A DNA stretch of 64,000 nucleotides from Macrostomum hystrix (Eukaryota > Animalia > Platyhelminthes): NCBI GenBank assembly GCA_950097015.1, contig CATNEN010000007.1:1922001-1986000 (forward strand). The letters are read 5' to 3'. This document shows positions 23,430-35,705 of the stretch, piece by piece. The position numbers and the translations under genes were made by a program. Each line of letters opens with the position of its first letter. The first letter of the stretch is position 1. The notes under the pieces were generated by a model. It saw only the letters and a program-made list of their open reading frames with translations, was not told the origin of the DNA and did not search any database.

Positions 23430-23654
23430 ACAAGGACAACTTAATAACTCTTAAGTTAGTTGAGTTATTGAGTTATTAAGTTTACTTGAGTTAATGAGTA
23501 AATTACTTGAGTTATTAAGTTGTCCTTGGGTACAATACTAGTTTCTATATAATGAAAGTACAACGCACATAAAAGTACAACACATTATAAATCGAGACCC
23601 TAGCTTTTTTCGTGATTATAATCATCAAATCTTCTAATCCTCCAATCATCAGAC

Positions 23655-24500
23655 GTTTATAATCCTCAGACCAGTGCTTCAAGATCAGATCCCCATTCTG
23701 AAATCCTCAGATCAGTGCTCCCAGATCCCCATTCTGAAATCCTCAGATCAGTGCTCCAAGATCAGATGCCCATTTCTGAAATCCTCTGATCAGTGATCCC
23801 AGATCCCCATTCTGAAATCCTCTGATCAGTGATCCCAGATCCCCATTCTGAAATCCTCTGATGAGTGATCCCAGATCCCCATTCTGAAATCCTCTGATCA
23901 GTGATCCCAGATACCCATTCTGAAATCCTCAGATCAGTGATCCCAGATCCCCATTCTGAAATCCTCAGATCAGTGATCCCAGATCCCCATTCTGAAATCG
24001 TCAGATTAGTGATCCCAGATGCCCATTCTGAAATCGTCAGATCAGTGATTCCAGATGCCCATTCTGAAATCCTTAGATCAGCGATCCCATTCTGAAATCG
24101 TCAGATCAGTGAGCCTATTCTGAAATCCTCAGATCAGTGATCCCAGATGCCCATTCTGAAATCCTTAGATCAGCGATCCCATTCTGAAATCGTCAGATCA
24201 GTGATCCCAGATCCCCATTCTGAAATCCTCAGATCAGTGATCCCAGATCCCCATTCTGAAATCCTCAGATCAGTGATCCCAGATCCCCATTCTGAAATCC
24301 TCAGATCAGTGATCCTATTCTGAAATCCTCAGATCAGTGATCCCATTCTGAAATCCTCAGATCATTAATCCCATTCTGAAATCCTCAGATCAGTGATCCC
24401 AGATGCCCATTCTGAAATCCTCAGATCAGTGATCCCAGATGCCCATTCTGAAATCCTCAGATCAGTGATCCCAGATGCCCATTCTGAAATCCTCAGATCA
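23655..24500. repeat. 36-bp minisatellite ATCCTCAGATCAGTGATCCCAGATCCCCATTCTGAA with deletion variants
   Basis: Direct reading. Confidence 0.95.
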
Positions 24501-25136
24501 GTAGCCAATCAATAAATGTTTTCGATAATCAATAAGCAAGGTGTTTAGTACAGCTATACTAATGAACAGCACAGCTGCCACTAGTATCTGCGACCCTAGA
24601 CCCGCAGGTTGTAGCTATACTTTGTTTTTGCCCTGCTATATCGCTATATGAAATAGCTACACATGTACAATGAGGGCTTATCAATTCCTATGTAAATTTC
24701 TAAGATATGCAAGCAGATTTGCCCATGCGATAACATGGTTTATATATGGGAAACATAGTTAATCTCATATACCTTCGGCTATAGCTAGAACTAATCAGTA
24801 TATTGTCAGTGTTTAGACACATTTTTAATTAAACCTGCCAGCTATAGAATATTGTTCTGCTGCAGCGTTGAACTGAATGCAAATAAATAAGAAGGCAGAG
24901 ATACGGGCGCAAAACCGGTTTGAGCAACCATTGAGTAATAGGATACGTCGTTTTGTTGGGGACTTAGAGATCGATTCGGACCGATAATAGCTAAATAAAT
25001 ACCTTTCTAAAGGGTAATGGAAACTCGACGGCAGACTAAAAGATCTCATAGGGATTAGCAGGTAAAAAGAGTGAGGCGGGTGGGACGGGAAAATGGGAAA
25101 TGAGGGAAGTTTGGAACGAGGACAGGGGAATAGGAG

Positions 25137-25620
25137 AGAGGATGGAGGAGAGGGAGGAGATGGAGGAGAGAGAGAGAAGATGGAGGAGAGAGAGAGAAGA
25201 TGGAGGAGAGAGAGAAGATGGAGGAGAGGTAGAGAAGATGGAGGAAAGAGAGAAGATGGAGGAGAGAGAGAAGATGGAGGAGAGGGAGAAGATGGCGGAG
25301 AGGGAGAAGATGGAGGAGAGGTAGAGAAGATGGAGGAGAGAGAGAAGATGGAGGAGAGAGAGAAGATGGAGGAGAGAGAGAAGATGGAGGAGAGGGAGAA
25401 GATGGAGGAGAGGTAGAGAAGATGGAGGAGAGAGAGAAGATGGAGGAGAGGGAGAAGATGGAGGAGAGGTAGAGAAGATGGAGGAGAGAGAGAAGATGGA
25501 GGAGAGAGAGAAGATGGAGGAGAGAGAGAAGATGGAGGAGAGGGAGAAGATGGCGGAGAGGGAGAAGATGGAGGAGAGAGAGAGAAGATGGAGGAGAGGG
25601 AGACGATGGAGGAGAGGCAG
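25137..25620. repeat. 18-bp GA-rich minisatellite GATGGAGGAGAGAGAGAA
   Basis: Direct reading. Confidence 0.96.
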
Positions 25621-25674
25621 AGTTAGTTGAATATGTTAAATGAGACTTCAAAGGAATTCTTCGCAAATAGCTGT

Positions 25675-27410
25675 TTTATCCCTGATTCCGAATCTACTAG
25701 CATTTCGGGAATATTATCCCTGATTCCGAATCTACTAGCATTTCGGAAATATTATCCCTGATTCCGAATCTACTAGCATTTCGGGAATATTATCCCTGAT
25801 TTCGAATCTACTAGCATTTCGGAAATATTATCCCTTATTCCGAATCTACTAGAATTTCAGGAATATTATCCCTGATTCCGAATCTACTAGAATTTCAGGA
25901 ATACTATCCCTGATTCCGAATTTACTACTCAAAAAATATCCTTGATTCCGAATCTACCAGCATTTCGGGAATATTATCCCTGATTCCGAATCTACTAGCA
26001 TTTCGGGAATATTATCCCTGATTCCGAATCTACTAGCATTTCGGTAATATTATCCCTGATTCCGAATTTACTAGCATTTCGGTAATATTATCCCTGATTC
26101 CGAATCTACTAGCATTTCTGGAATATTATCCCTGATTCCGAATTTACTACTCAAAAATTATCCTTGATTCCGAATCTACTAGCATTTCGGTAATATTATC
26201 CCTGATTCCGAATTTACTAGCATTTCGGTAATATTATCCCTGATTCCGAATCTACTAGCATTTCTGGAATATTATCCCTGATTCCGAATTTACTACTCAA
26301 AAATTATCCTTGATTCCGAATCTACCAGCTTTTCGGGAATATTAACCCTGATTCCGAATCTACTAGCATTTCGGGAATATTATCCCTGATTCCGAATCTA
26401 CTAGCATTTCGGGAATATTATCCCTGATTCCGAATCTACTAGCATTTCGGAAATATTATCCCTGATTCCGAATCTACTAGCATTTCGGGAATATTATCCC
26501 TGATTCCGAATCTACTAGCATTTCGGAAATATTATCCCTTATTCCGAATCTACTAGAATTTCAGGAATATTATCCCTGATTCCGAATCTACTAGAATTTC
26601 AGGAATACTATCCCTGATTCCGAATTTACTACTCAAAAAATATCCTTGATTCCGAATCTACCAGCATTTCGGGAATATTATCCCTGATTCCGAATCTACT
26701 AGCATTTCGGGAATATTATCCCTGATTCCGAATCTACTAGCATTTCGGGAATATTATCCCTGATTCCGAATCTACTAGCATTTCGGGAATATTATCCCTG
26801 ATTCCGAATCTACTAGCATTTCGGTAATATTATCCCTGATTCCGAATCTACTAGCATTTCGGTAATATTATCCCTGATTCCGAATTTACTAGCATTTCGG
26901 TAATATTATCCCTAATTCCGAATCTACTAGCATTTCTGGAATATTATCCCTGATTCCGAATTTACTACTCAAAAATTATCCTTGATTCCGAATCTACTAG
27001 CATTTCGGTAATATTATCCCTGATTCCGAATTTACTAGCATTTCGGTAATATTATCCCTGATTCCGAATCTACTAGCATTTCTGGAATATTATCCCTGAT
27101 TCCGAATTTACTACTCAAAAATTATCCTTGATTCCGAATCTACCAGCTTTTCGGGAATATTAACCCTGATTCCGAATCTACTAGCATTTCGGGAATATTA
27201 TCCCTGATTCCGAATCTACTAGCATTTCGGGAATATTATCCCTGATTCCGAATCTACTAGCATTTCGGGAATATTATCCCTGATTCCGAATCTACTAGCA
27301 TTTCGGGAATATTATCCCTGATTCCGAATCTACTAGCATTTCGGGAATATTATCCCTGATTCCAAATCTACTAGCATTTCGGGAATATTATCCCTGATTC
27401 CGAATCTACT
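25675..27410. repeat. 38-bp minisatellite TTATCCCTGATTCCGAATCTACTAGCATTTCGGGAATA
   Basis: Direct reading; recurring shorter ACTCAAAAA variant units. Confidence 0.97.
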
Positions 27411-27819
27411 TCAAGCAAGAAAAAACTTAGCAACAAACCTGACTTTGCATTCTCCATGCTCCATTCTTCATCCTGATTTGCTCAAGCAGCCCTTGCCCAT
27501 TTACGGTTAGACGCAAATCAAAAAGGTTGTTCCTAAGTCAAGGTGGGGCCGAAACTAAAACGGGAAGCTAGACACAATGAGACCGACATGTAATTAGTGT
27601 GCTCAGCTAGGACTAATCAACTGCATGAGCAGGTCATATTATCTGCCACGAACTTCCAAGGCAAGCTAGCTCTGCTCTTGCTAATTAGGAGAAAATTCTA
27701 AAAAAATAGTGATCAATCAGTGCTTGGGTAGTGCCTGTGATAGTTCCACGTATTCATTTCGCTAATAGAGGAAAGTTTAGACGAAAAGTTTAGCGGACCT
27801 CAAAGATCTGTGATAAGAG

Positions 27820-30417
27820 ATACCCAAGGTCCAGATCCCAGATATCCAATCTGCTACCCAAGGTCCAGATCCCAGAACTCCAATCTGCTACCCAAGGTCC
27901 AGATCCCAGATATCCAATCTGCTACCCAAGGTCCAGATCCCAGATATCCAATCTGCTACCCAAGGTCCAGATCCCAGATATCCAATCTGCTACCCAAGGT
28001 CCAGATCCCAGATATCCAATTTGCTACCCAAGGTCCAGATCCCAGATATCCAATCTGCTACCCAAGGTCCAGATCCCAGATATCCAATCTGCTACCCAAG
28101 GTCCAGATCCCAGATATCCAATTTGCTACCCAAGGTCCAGATCCCAGATATCCAATCTGCTACCCAAGGTCCAGATCCCAGATATCCAATCTGCTACCCA
28201 AGGTCCAGATCCCTAATATTATTCCCAAGATCCTAGATCCCTAATCTGCTGCCCAGGATCCTAGATCCCTAATCTCATACCCAAGATCCTAGATCCCTAA
28301 TCTCATACCCAAGATCCTAGATCCCTAATCTCATACCCAAGATCCTAGATCCCTAATCTCATACTCGTACCCAAGATCCTAGATCCCTAATCTCATACCC
28401 AAGATCCTAGATCCCTAATCTCATACCCAAGATCCTAGATCCCTAATCTCATACCCAAGATCCTAGATCCCTAATCTCATACCCAAGATCCTAGATCCCT
28501 AATCTCATACCCAAGATCCTAGATCCCTAATCTTATTCCGAAGATCCTAGATCCCTAATCTTATTCCCAAGATCCTAGATCTCTAATCTTAGCTCGTATT
28601 CCGAAGATCCTAGATCCCTAATCTCATACCCAAGATCCTAGATCCCTAATCTTATTCCGAAGATCCTAGATCCCTAATCTTATTCCCAAGATCCTAGATC
28701 TCTAATCTTATTCCGAAGATCCTAGATCCCTAATCTCATACCCAAGATCCTAGATCTCTAATCTTATTCCGAAGATCCTAGATCCCTAATCTTATTCCGA
28801 AGATCCCAGATCCCTAATCTGCTACCCAAGATCCTAGATCCCTAATCTTATTCCGAAGATCCCAGATCCCTAATCTCATACCCAAGATCCTAGATCCCTA
28901 ATCTCATACCCAAGATCCTAGATCCCTAATCTCATACCCAAGACCCTAGATCCCTAATATTATTCCGAAGATCCTAGATCCCTAATCTCATACCCAAGAT
29001 CCTAGATCCCTAATCTCATACCCAAGATCCTAGATCCCTAATCTCATACCCAAGATCCTAGATCCCTAATCTCATACCCAAGATCCTAGATCCCTAATCT
29101 CATACCCAAGATCCTAGATCCCTAATCTCATACCCAAGATCCTAGATCCCTAATCTCATACCCAAGATCCTAGATCCCTAATATTATTCCGAAGATCCTA
29201 GATCCCTAATCTCATACCCAAGATCCTAGATCCCTAATCTTATTCCGAAGATCCTAGATCCCCAATCTCATACCCAAGATCCTAGATCCCTAATCTCATA
29301 CCCAAGATCCTAGATCCCTAATCTCATACCCAAGATCCTAGATCTCTAATCTTATTCCGAAGATCCTAGATCCCTAATCTCATACCCAAGATCCTAGATC
29401 CCTAATCTCATACCCAAGATCCTAGATCTCTAATCTTATTCCGAAGATCCTAGATCCCTAATCTCATACCCAAGATCCTAGATCCCTAATCTCATACCCA
29501 AGATCCTAGATCTCTAATCTCATTCCCAAGATCCTAGATCTCTAATCTTATTCCGAAGATCCTAGATCCCTAATCTCATACCCAAGATCCTAGATCCCTA
29601 ATCTTATTCCGAAGATCCTAGATCCCTAATCATATTCAGAAGATCCTAGATCCCTAATCATATTCAGAAGATCCTAGATCCCTAATCTTATTCCGAAGAT
29701 CCTAGATCCCTAATCTTATTCCCAAGATCCTAGATCCCTAATCTCATACCCAAGATCCTAGATCTCTAATCTCATTCCCAAGATCCTAGATCTCTAATCT
29801 TATTCCGAAGATCCTAGATCCCTAATCTCATACCCAAGATCCTAGATCCCTAATCTTATTCCGAAGATCCTAGATCCCTAATCATATTCAGAAGATCCTA
29901 GATCCCTAATCATATTCAGAAGATCCTAGATCCCTAATCTTATTCCGAAGATCCTAGATCCCTAATCTTATTCCCAAGATCCTAGATCCCTAATCTTATT
30001 CCGAAGATCCTAGATCCCTAATCTTATTCCGAAGATCCTAGATCCCTAATCATATTCAGAAGATCCTAGATCCCTAATCTTATTCCGAAGATCCTAGATC
30101 CCTAATCTTATTCCCAAGATCCTAGATCCCTAATCTTATTCCCAAGATCCTAGATCCCTAATCTTATTCCCAAGATCCTAGATCCCTAATCTTATTCCCA
30201 AGATCCTAGATCTCTAATCTTATTCCGAAGATCCTAGATCCCTAATCTTATTCCGAAGATCCTAGATCCCTAATCTTATTCCCAAGATCCTAGATCTCTA
30301 ATCTTATTCCGAAGATCCTAGATCCCTAATCTCATACCCAAGATCCTAGATCCCTAATCTTATTCCCAAGATCCTAGATCTCTAATCTTATTCCGAAGAT
30401 CCTAGATCCCTAATCTG
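27820..30417. repeat. compound minisatellite: 34-bp unit to ~28210, then 28-bp unit CCCAAGATCCTAGATCCCTAATCTCATA
   Basis: Direct reading; the 34-bp period also follows from the 34-aa/3-unit cycle of ORF 27810. Confidence 0.97.
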
Positions 30418-32056
30418 CTACATCAAATCCCTGATCCCCATTATTTGAATAGAAAAAGCAGATAAAAAATATTCCGTAGATCCCAATCTATAACTTCGCA
30501 TGCAGAATTTTATAATCATGCTTCACTTAATCAATGACATGATTGAGTTCTCAGTTCTACATAGGCAATTAAACAAAGGAGCGTGAATTATGGACTAGCT
30601 GGAATCCTCAATCTCGTAGAATCACGAATCCGGCAGGGACAATACAAAATGATTTCTCGGAAAGAATAATCCTATTTCTTTTTTTACCAGTCTTAATCAA
30701 TATCACCGGCATCTTCTTACCTTCTGCTTTGCTGGCGCTGTCTGCCCGGACTGCAGAAAAGTAGATTAGTTTAAGCGCCTTTGCTTCTTCTTTCTGGTTA
30801 GATAATCGGGGAGTGAATCACTGGCGTGAGCCTGGGATGATATGCAAATTGTGAACCTGGGGTCCGGCTTGAGTGAAAGGCAGATAGACCCACGTGACTG
30901 CGGCAATAATGACCGGCTCAGGCTTCTGCTTTAGGAAGAGGCAGAATATGGAGATGGGGTTGGCGTGGGCGGACAATAAATTACTGACGACTATTTGGCT
31001 TCGGCCACTAAGAAAAAAAGCTGCAAGATTAGCAAGTGTTCTCAATATAACTAGCTATAGTCCAGTCCAGCTCACCGCTGACAGATAGGCAGAATTGTGG
31101 GTCCCAGGGTAGACGCTGGAAAGCAATAAGAGATGGGAAAGAGTTTTTCCCGTGTCCTCGAAATCGTTGAATTGACTGATCGGTCTGAAAAATCCCCTAT
31201 AGCTCTCTATAGGTTAATGGGCGATCGAGGTGAGAAATACGCCAAAGTGACGGCTATGGGAGAACGTTTCAACAGATGTTCTTTACAGGAGGCCTTGCAC
31301 AAACATGGAAAGGAATGGTGGGCTTTACCGACGGGCGACACGAAACTATAGAGAGCGTGTAAGACACGCGCGCGACATGTTATAACACACAAACAGGCGC
31401 GCACATCCGCGGAGTCAGGGGAGGGGGGTGGCGCTATGTACGCTGTCATCCACGCCTCCTCCGCCCAATCTGTCCTTTGAAACAAATGTACACTCAGCCC
31501 AGGGGGTGCTGGGGTTGCCCACACTGTACACTCCATTCCACCTCATGCAGTCAAATGGTCTAGGGTACGAGTGATATGAGGGGGGTTGGAATTTTCTGTT
31601 TCCTCTCAAATGATTCGTTCGCTGTCATTCGTTCGCTCTAAAAATGAGCAAAATATTGCGGAATAGCGGAAAATATCTTTGAGTTGAGCAGTTGACAAAC
31701 AGTGCAGGCGCTTACAATTATTCTGAAACCGGTGCTGTTTTGACACAGTACAAACACAAGACATTTGCTTCGCAAAGTTTGTTAAAGGATTTCTTCTTTA
31801 CCCTCCACTTTTTTCTTCTCAAAGAAGCAGATCGAGGACAAAAGACACGGGGCTGAAATGAGAGAAGGCTTGCATCCATGCATCCATTTCTCTTAGCAAC
31901 GGAAGTTGGGCTTTGCTTGCTCAGCCCCACTCTATTTTAGCATGCATTATCTAGCGTACTTACTAATGCTTACCTTGCTCAGGTAGTTCAGACTGGGCCA
32001 TCTAGGCGGAATAATTGCTAGAACTCACATTATTCCCCTTTCCTGTTCGGCTAATG

Positions 32057-34013
32057 TAGGATTAATATATCGCCGCTCGTGCGCTTCGCGCACTCGTGCT
32101 AAGACCGTTAAAGTTCAAAGCGGCGATATATTAGTTGCATTGTAATATGCAAGCTGGGCCATAGACACTTGCGTTAAATGCACGCTCAAGCCTGTGGGGC
32201 TTATATAAGCCTGTGTACTTATCACATTGGACACTCGCCAAAGAATAAATATGTCGGAAGAAGATAGCCCTGCAAAGAGAGTTCGCTATATTGATTTTGC
32301 TCAGTTTCCTGATGGAGCCATCTCAGGGCTCACTGAGCAACAGATCGACCAAGCACTGGACCAGTTGGAGGTGAACATGCTTGATGATGGTACCGCTGGT
32401 CCCGATGTGGATTTTCTCGATGCTCTGTTTTCGAAGCTACCAACGGAGGAGACCCAGCTGGAGGAATTGGAGCAGATTGTGTCGGAGATGGAGGGCAATG
32501 CTACATGCAAGAGTGTTGTTCGAGCTACGGATTATTGGATGCAACGCTTGCGACGCTTCTTGGGTGTTCACTCGTCACTGCCGCAGGATCTGTCGGTTGC
32601 ATCGCCTAACGAGCTAGACCGCATCTTGCGCTTCTTTTATGGAACGCTGAGAAAGAAGGATGGTGGACTCTACGCGCCAGCTACACTGGTTTGCATTCGG
32701 GCTGCAATCCATCGCCATTTTATGACCACACGTCGCATCAACATTCTAGTTGGAGACGAGTTCCTTCAATCAAACCGCACTTTGAAGGCGATGGCACGTA
32801 CATTCATTGCCGCTGGAGGCCGCCCAGGACACTATCAGGCCATTGAGACGACAGATCTGGAGCGTCTTTCTCGCTACTTCGATCGGAGCTCGCCTGAGTC
32901 CCTGCAGCACGAGGTGTTTAACAACATCGTGTACTATTTCGGAAACAGAGGACGGGAGTGGTGCCGAGCACTTAGTGAAGAGTCCTTCCGGTTTGAGATT
33001 GACTCCGATGGTTGTGAGGTGGTACACTTCGTCGCTGGCAAAATAAAGAACGTCGGAAATGATCTGACCCATGATTCCTGCGAAGATGTGAAGGAGGCTA
33101 TCATGAGCGCATTGCCGGACCGGAGCATATGCCCAGTGGAAGCCCTTAAGCTCTACATGAGGAAGCGCGGCGAGTCGATTCCTGGTAGCAGCTCTGGTAC
33201 CCCAAAACCAGCCGCATTTTTTCTACTGCCGAAGCTTACCAGTTGGCAATTCTCGTCGTGGTACTACGCTAGCAAGCCTGTTGGTGTTAACACGTTGGGA
33301 CAGATGATGACAACAATTTCCAAGAAGGCCAGTCTCAGCAAGACGTACACTGCGCACTGCATCCGTTCGACAGTAGTGAAGGAGTTGGCGAACGCTGGAT
33401 ACAGCGTGCCAGACATTTGCAAAGTCACAGGCCACAAGCAGACTAGGACTGTGGACAGGTATCTCCGATTCGGAAGTCGACGAGACGCCGAAATGCGCAG
33501 CATGTCCAAAAGTCTGTCCAGCGCTCTACATGGTCCGGAGAAGCGACCAGCAGTTCATAGTGGACAGCAAGTCATTCAAGCCCGACAAGCCGCAACCGCC
33601 GTCATGGGGACGACGCCTTCCACTGGAGTGGTAGTGCAAGCAGTACAGCAGGCGGCTACGATCGAGGCAGCAACGATGGTGAGCCAGTCACTAAATATAA
33701 ATGAAGTGGACAATGCTGATTCACCAGAGAGTCGCCGGCCATCTGTCGTGTACCATTTCCATGGGCCTGTCTACAATTGCAATTTTCATGGGTAGAAATG
33801 GGCACTACACTTTTGCTCAAAACTTGTTAACGTTGCATGCTTCATCTGTTCCACTTTTGAAATAAACTGTTTTTGTGCTTGTAGCGTTAGACGCACGCTA
33901 AATGCGTTACACGCATGATGAAAACGCTTAGCGCGGTTGAGTTTCTACCATAGACTACTTGCGTTACACGCACGCTGTCTAACGTTTAATGCACCGCATT
34001 GCGTGTTACAATG
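32057..34013 (+). mobile_element. Crypton-like tyrosine-recombinase DNA transposon; boundaries inferred
   Basis: Single YR ORF; AATG direct repeat at 32053-32056 and 34010-34013; subterminal IR CATTGTAATATGCAA (32138-32152)/TTGCGTGTTACAATG (33999-34013); ~29-bp direct repeats starting CCATAGAC at 32159 and 33948; hairpin 32063-32133. Confidence 0.7.
32251..33795 (+). CDS. tyrosine recombinase, CryptonA/V (DUF3504/KCTD1-related) type, intact and intronless
   Basis: Catalytic set present: R in YYFGNRGRE, CPVEALKLY, HCIR (HxxR), TGH, DRY; also FY..LRKKDG..Y and PVGVNTL typical of animal Cryptons. ATG 32251; TATA-like TATATAA near 32203. Confidence 0.9.
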   Translation: MSEEDSPAKRVRYIDFAQFPDGAISGLTEQQIDQALDQLEVNMLDDGTAGPDVDFLDALFSKLPTEETQLEELEQIVSEMEGNATCKSVVRATDYWMQRLRRFLGVHSSLPQDLSVASPNELDRILRFFYGTLRKKDGGLYAPATLVCIRAAIHRHFMTTRRINILVGDEFLQSNRTLKAMARTFIAAGGRPGHYQAIETTDLERLSRYFDRSSPESLQHEVFNNIVYYFGNRGREWCRALSEESFRFEIDSDGCEVVHFVAGKIKNVGNDLTHDSCEDVKEAIMSALPDRSICPVEALKLYMRKRGESIPGSSSGTPKPAAFFLLPKLTSWQFSSWYYASKPVGVNTLGQMMTTISKKASLSKTYTAHCIRSTVVKELANAGYSVPDICKVTGHKQTRTVDRYLRFGSRRDAEMRSMSKSLSSALHGPEKRPAVHSGQQVIQARQAATAVMGTTPSTGVVVQAVQQAATIEAATMVSQSLNINEVDNADSPESRRPSVVYHFHGPVYNCNFHG

Positions 34014-34150
34014 GGAAGGCTGGCCATCTCAATCAGCTTTCCCTACTCTTGTATGTTTATGAATGGCACCTTGCACTAGCCAACTAACTGATTGGGCCTG
34101 GAAATCTGCCGGAATTCTATGGAAACTTCGAAATCTATGGTCTGAATACC

Positions 34151-34409
34151 GCCTCTTGCACTAAGGTTCCTGAGCTCGAATCCGCGGCGAGGCCACATTT
34201 TTATTTATTTTGTTTTGGGCCGCGGAGAGAACGCTTTGGGGGCTTGTCGTGCAACTTTTCGCCCCCTGAGGGCCAAATGCGTGACGATGACTGGCAGTCA
34301 GGGCAGATGTACACACCTGTGTGAGTGTGTGCCTGCTTACAGCACCTCTGTGTGTGCTCAGGAGTCAGCGGAATGGGTAGAATTGCTTCTACCCTGGGTG
34401 CAGGTCTTT
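34151..34409 (+). mobile_element. SINE family A copy, truncated at both ends
   Basis: AGCTCGAATCCGCGGCGAGGCCAC...GGGGGCTTGTCGTGCAA...GCTCAGGAGTCAGCG aligns with the reverse complement of 10440-10680. Confidence 0.8.
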
Positions 34410-34411
34410 TC

Positions 34412-35422
<1,011 letters not shown>

Positions 35423-35705
35423 CATTTACCCTAGGTGTAAAATTCAGACACTTTGTTCAGCGCACATTTGCCGATAAAACAAGTACTCACAAGCTCTCCA
35501 TTTTTATCTAGTGCTCAGATACCAAGGAGACCTTATCAGAAACGGCAGGCTGCACGCACTGGCAATAGCAACCCCCACATTACTTTATTTCTTGTCTGCC
35601 TCGTTGACTATTCTAGTTTTAATAGAAATCAACTATAGAGTCAGAAAAAAACATTTAAATTTGAATTTCAAGGCTGCTCAAAGAGTCAAGGCTGCAAGCA
35701 GGCAG

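Noticed and set aside
32251-33795. Bacterial or phage integrase contamination
   Set aside because: Animal Crypton-type motifs, and the ORF is embedded among SINEs, minisatellites and spliced genes.
35511-35705. N-terminal extension of the tetraspanin ORF in the ORF track
   Set aside because: Non-ATG start upstream of a CAG|ATG acceptor-like site; the tetraspanin topology begins at 35706.
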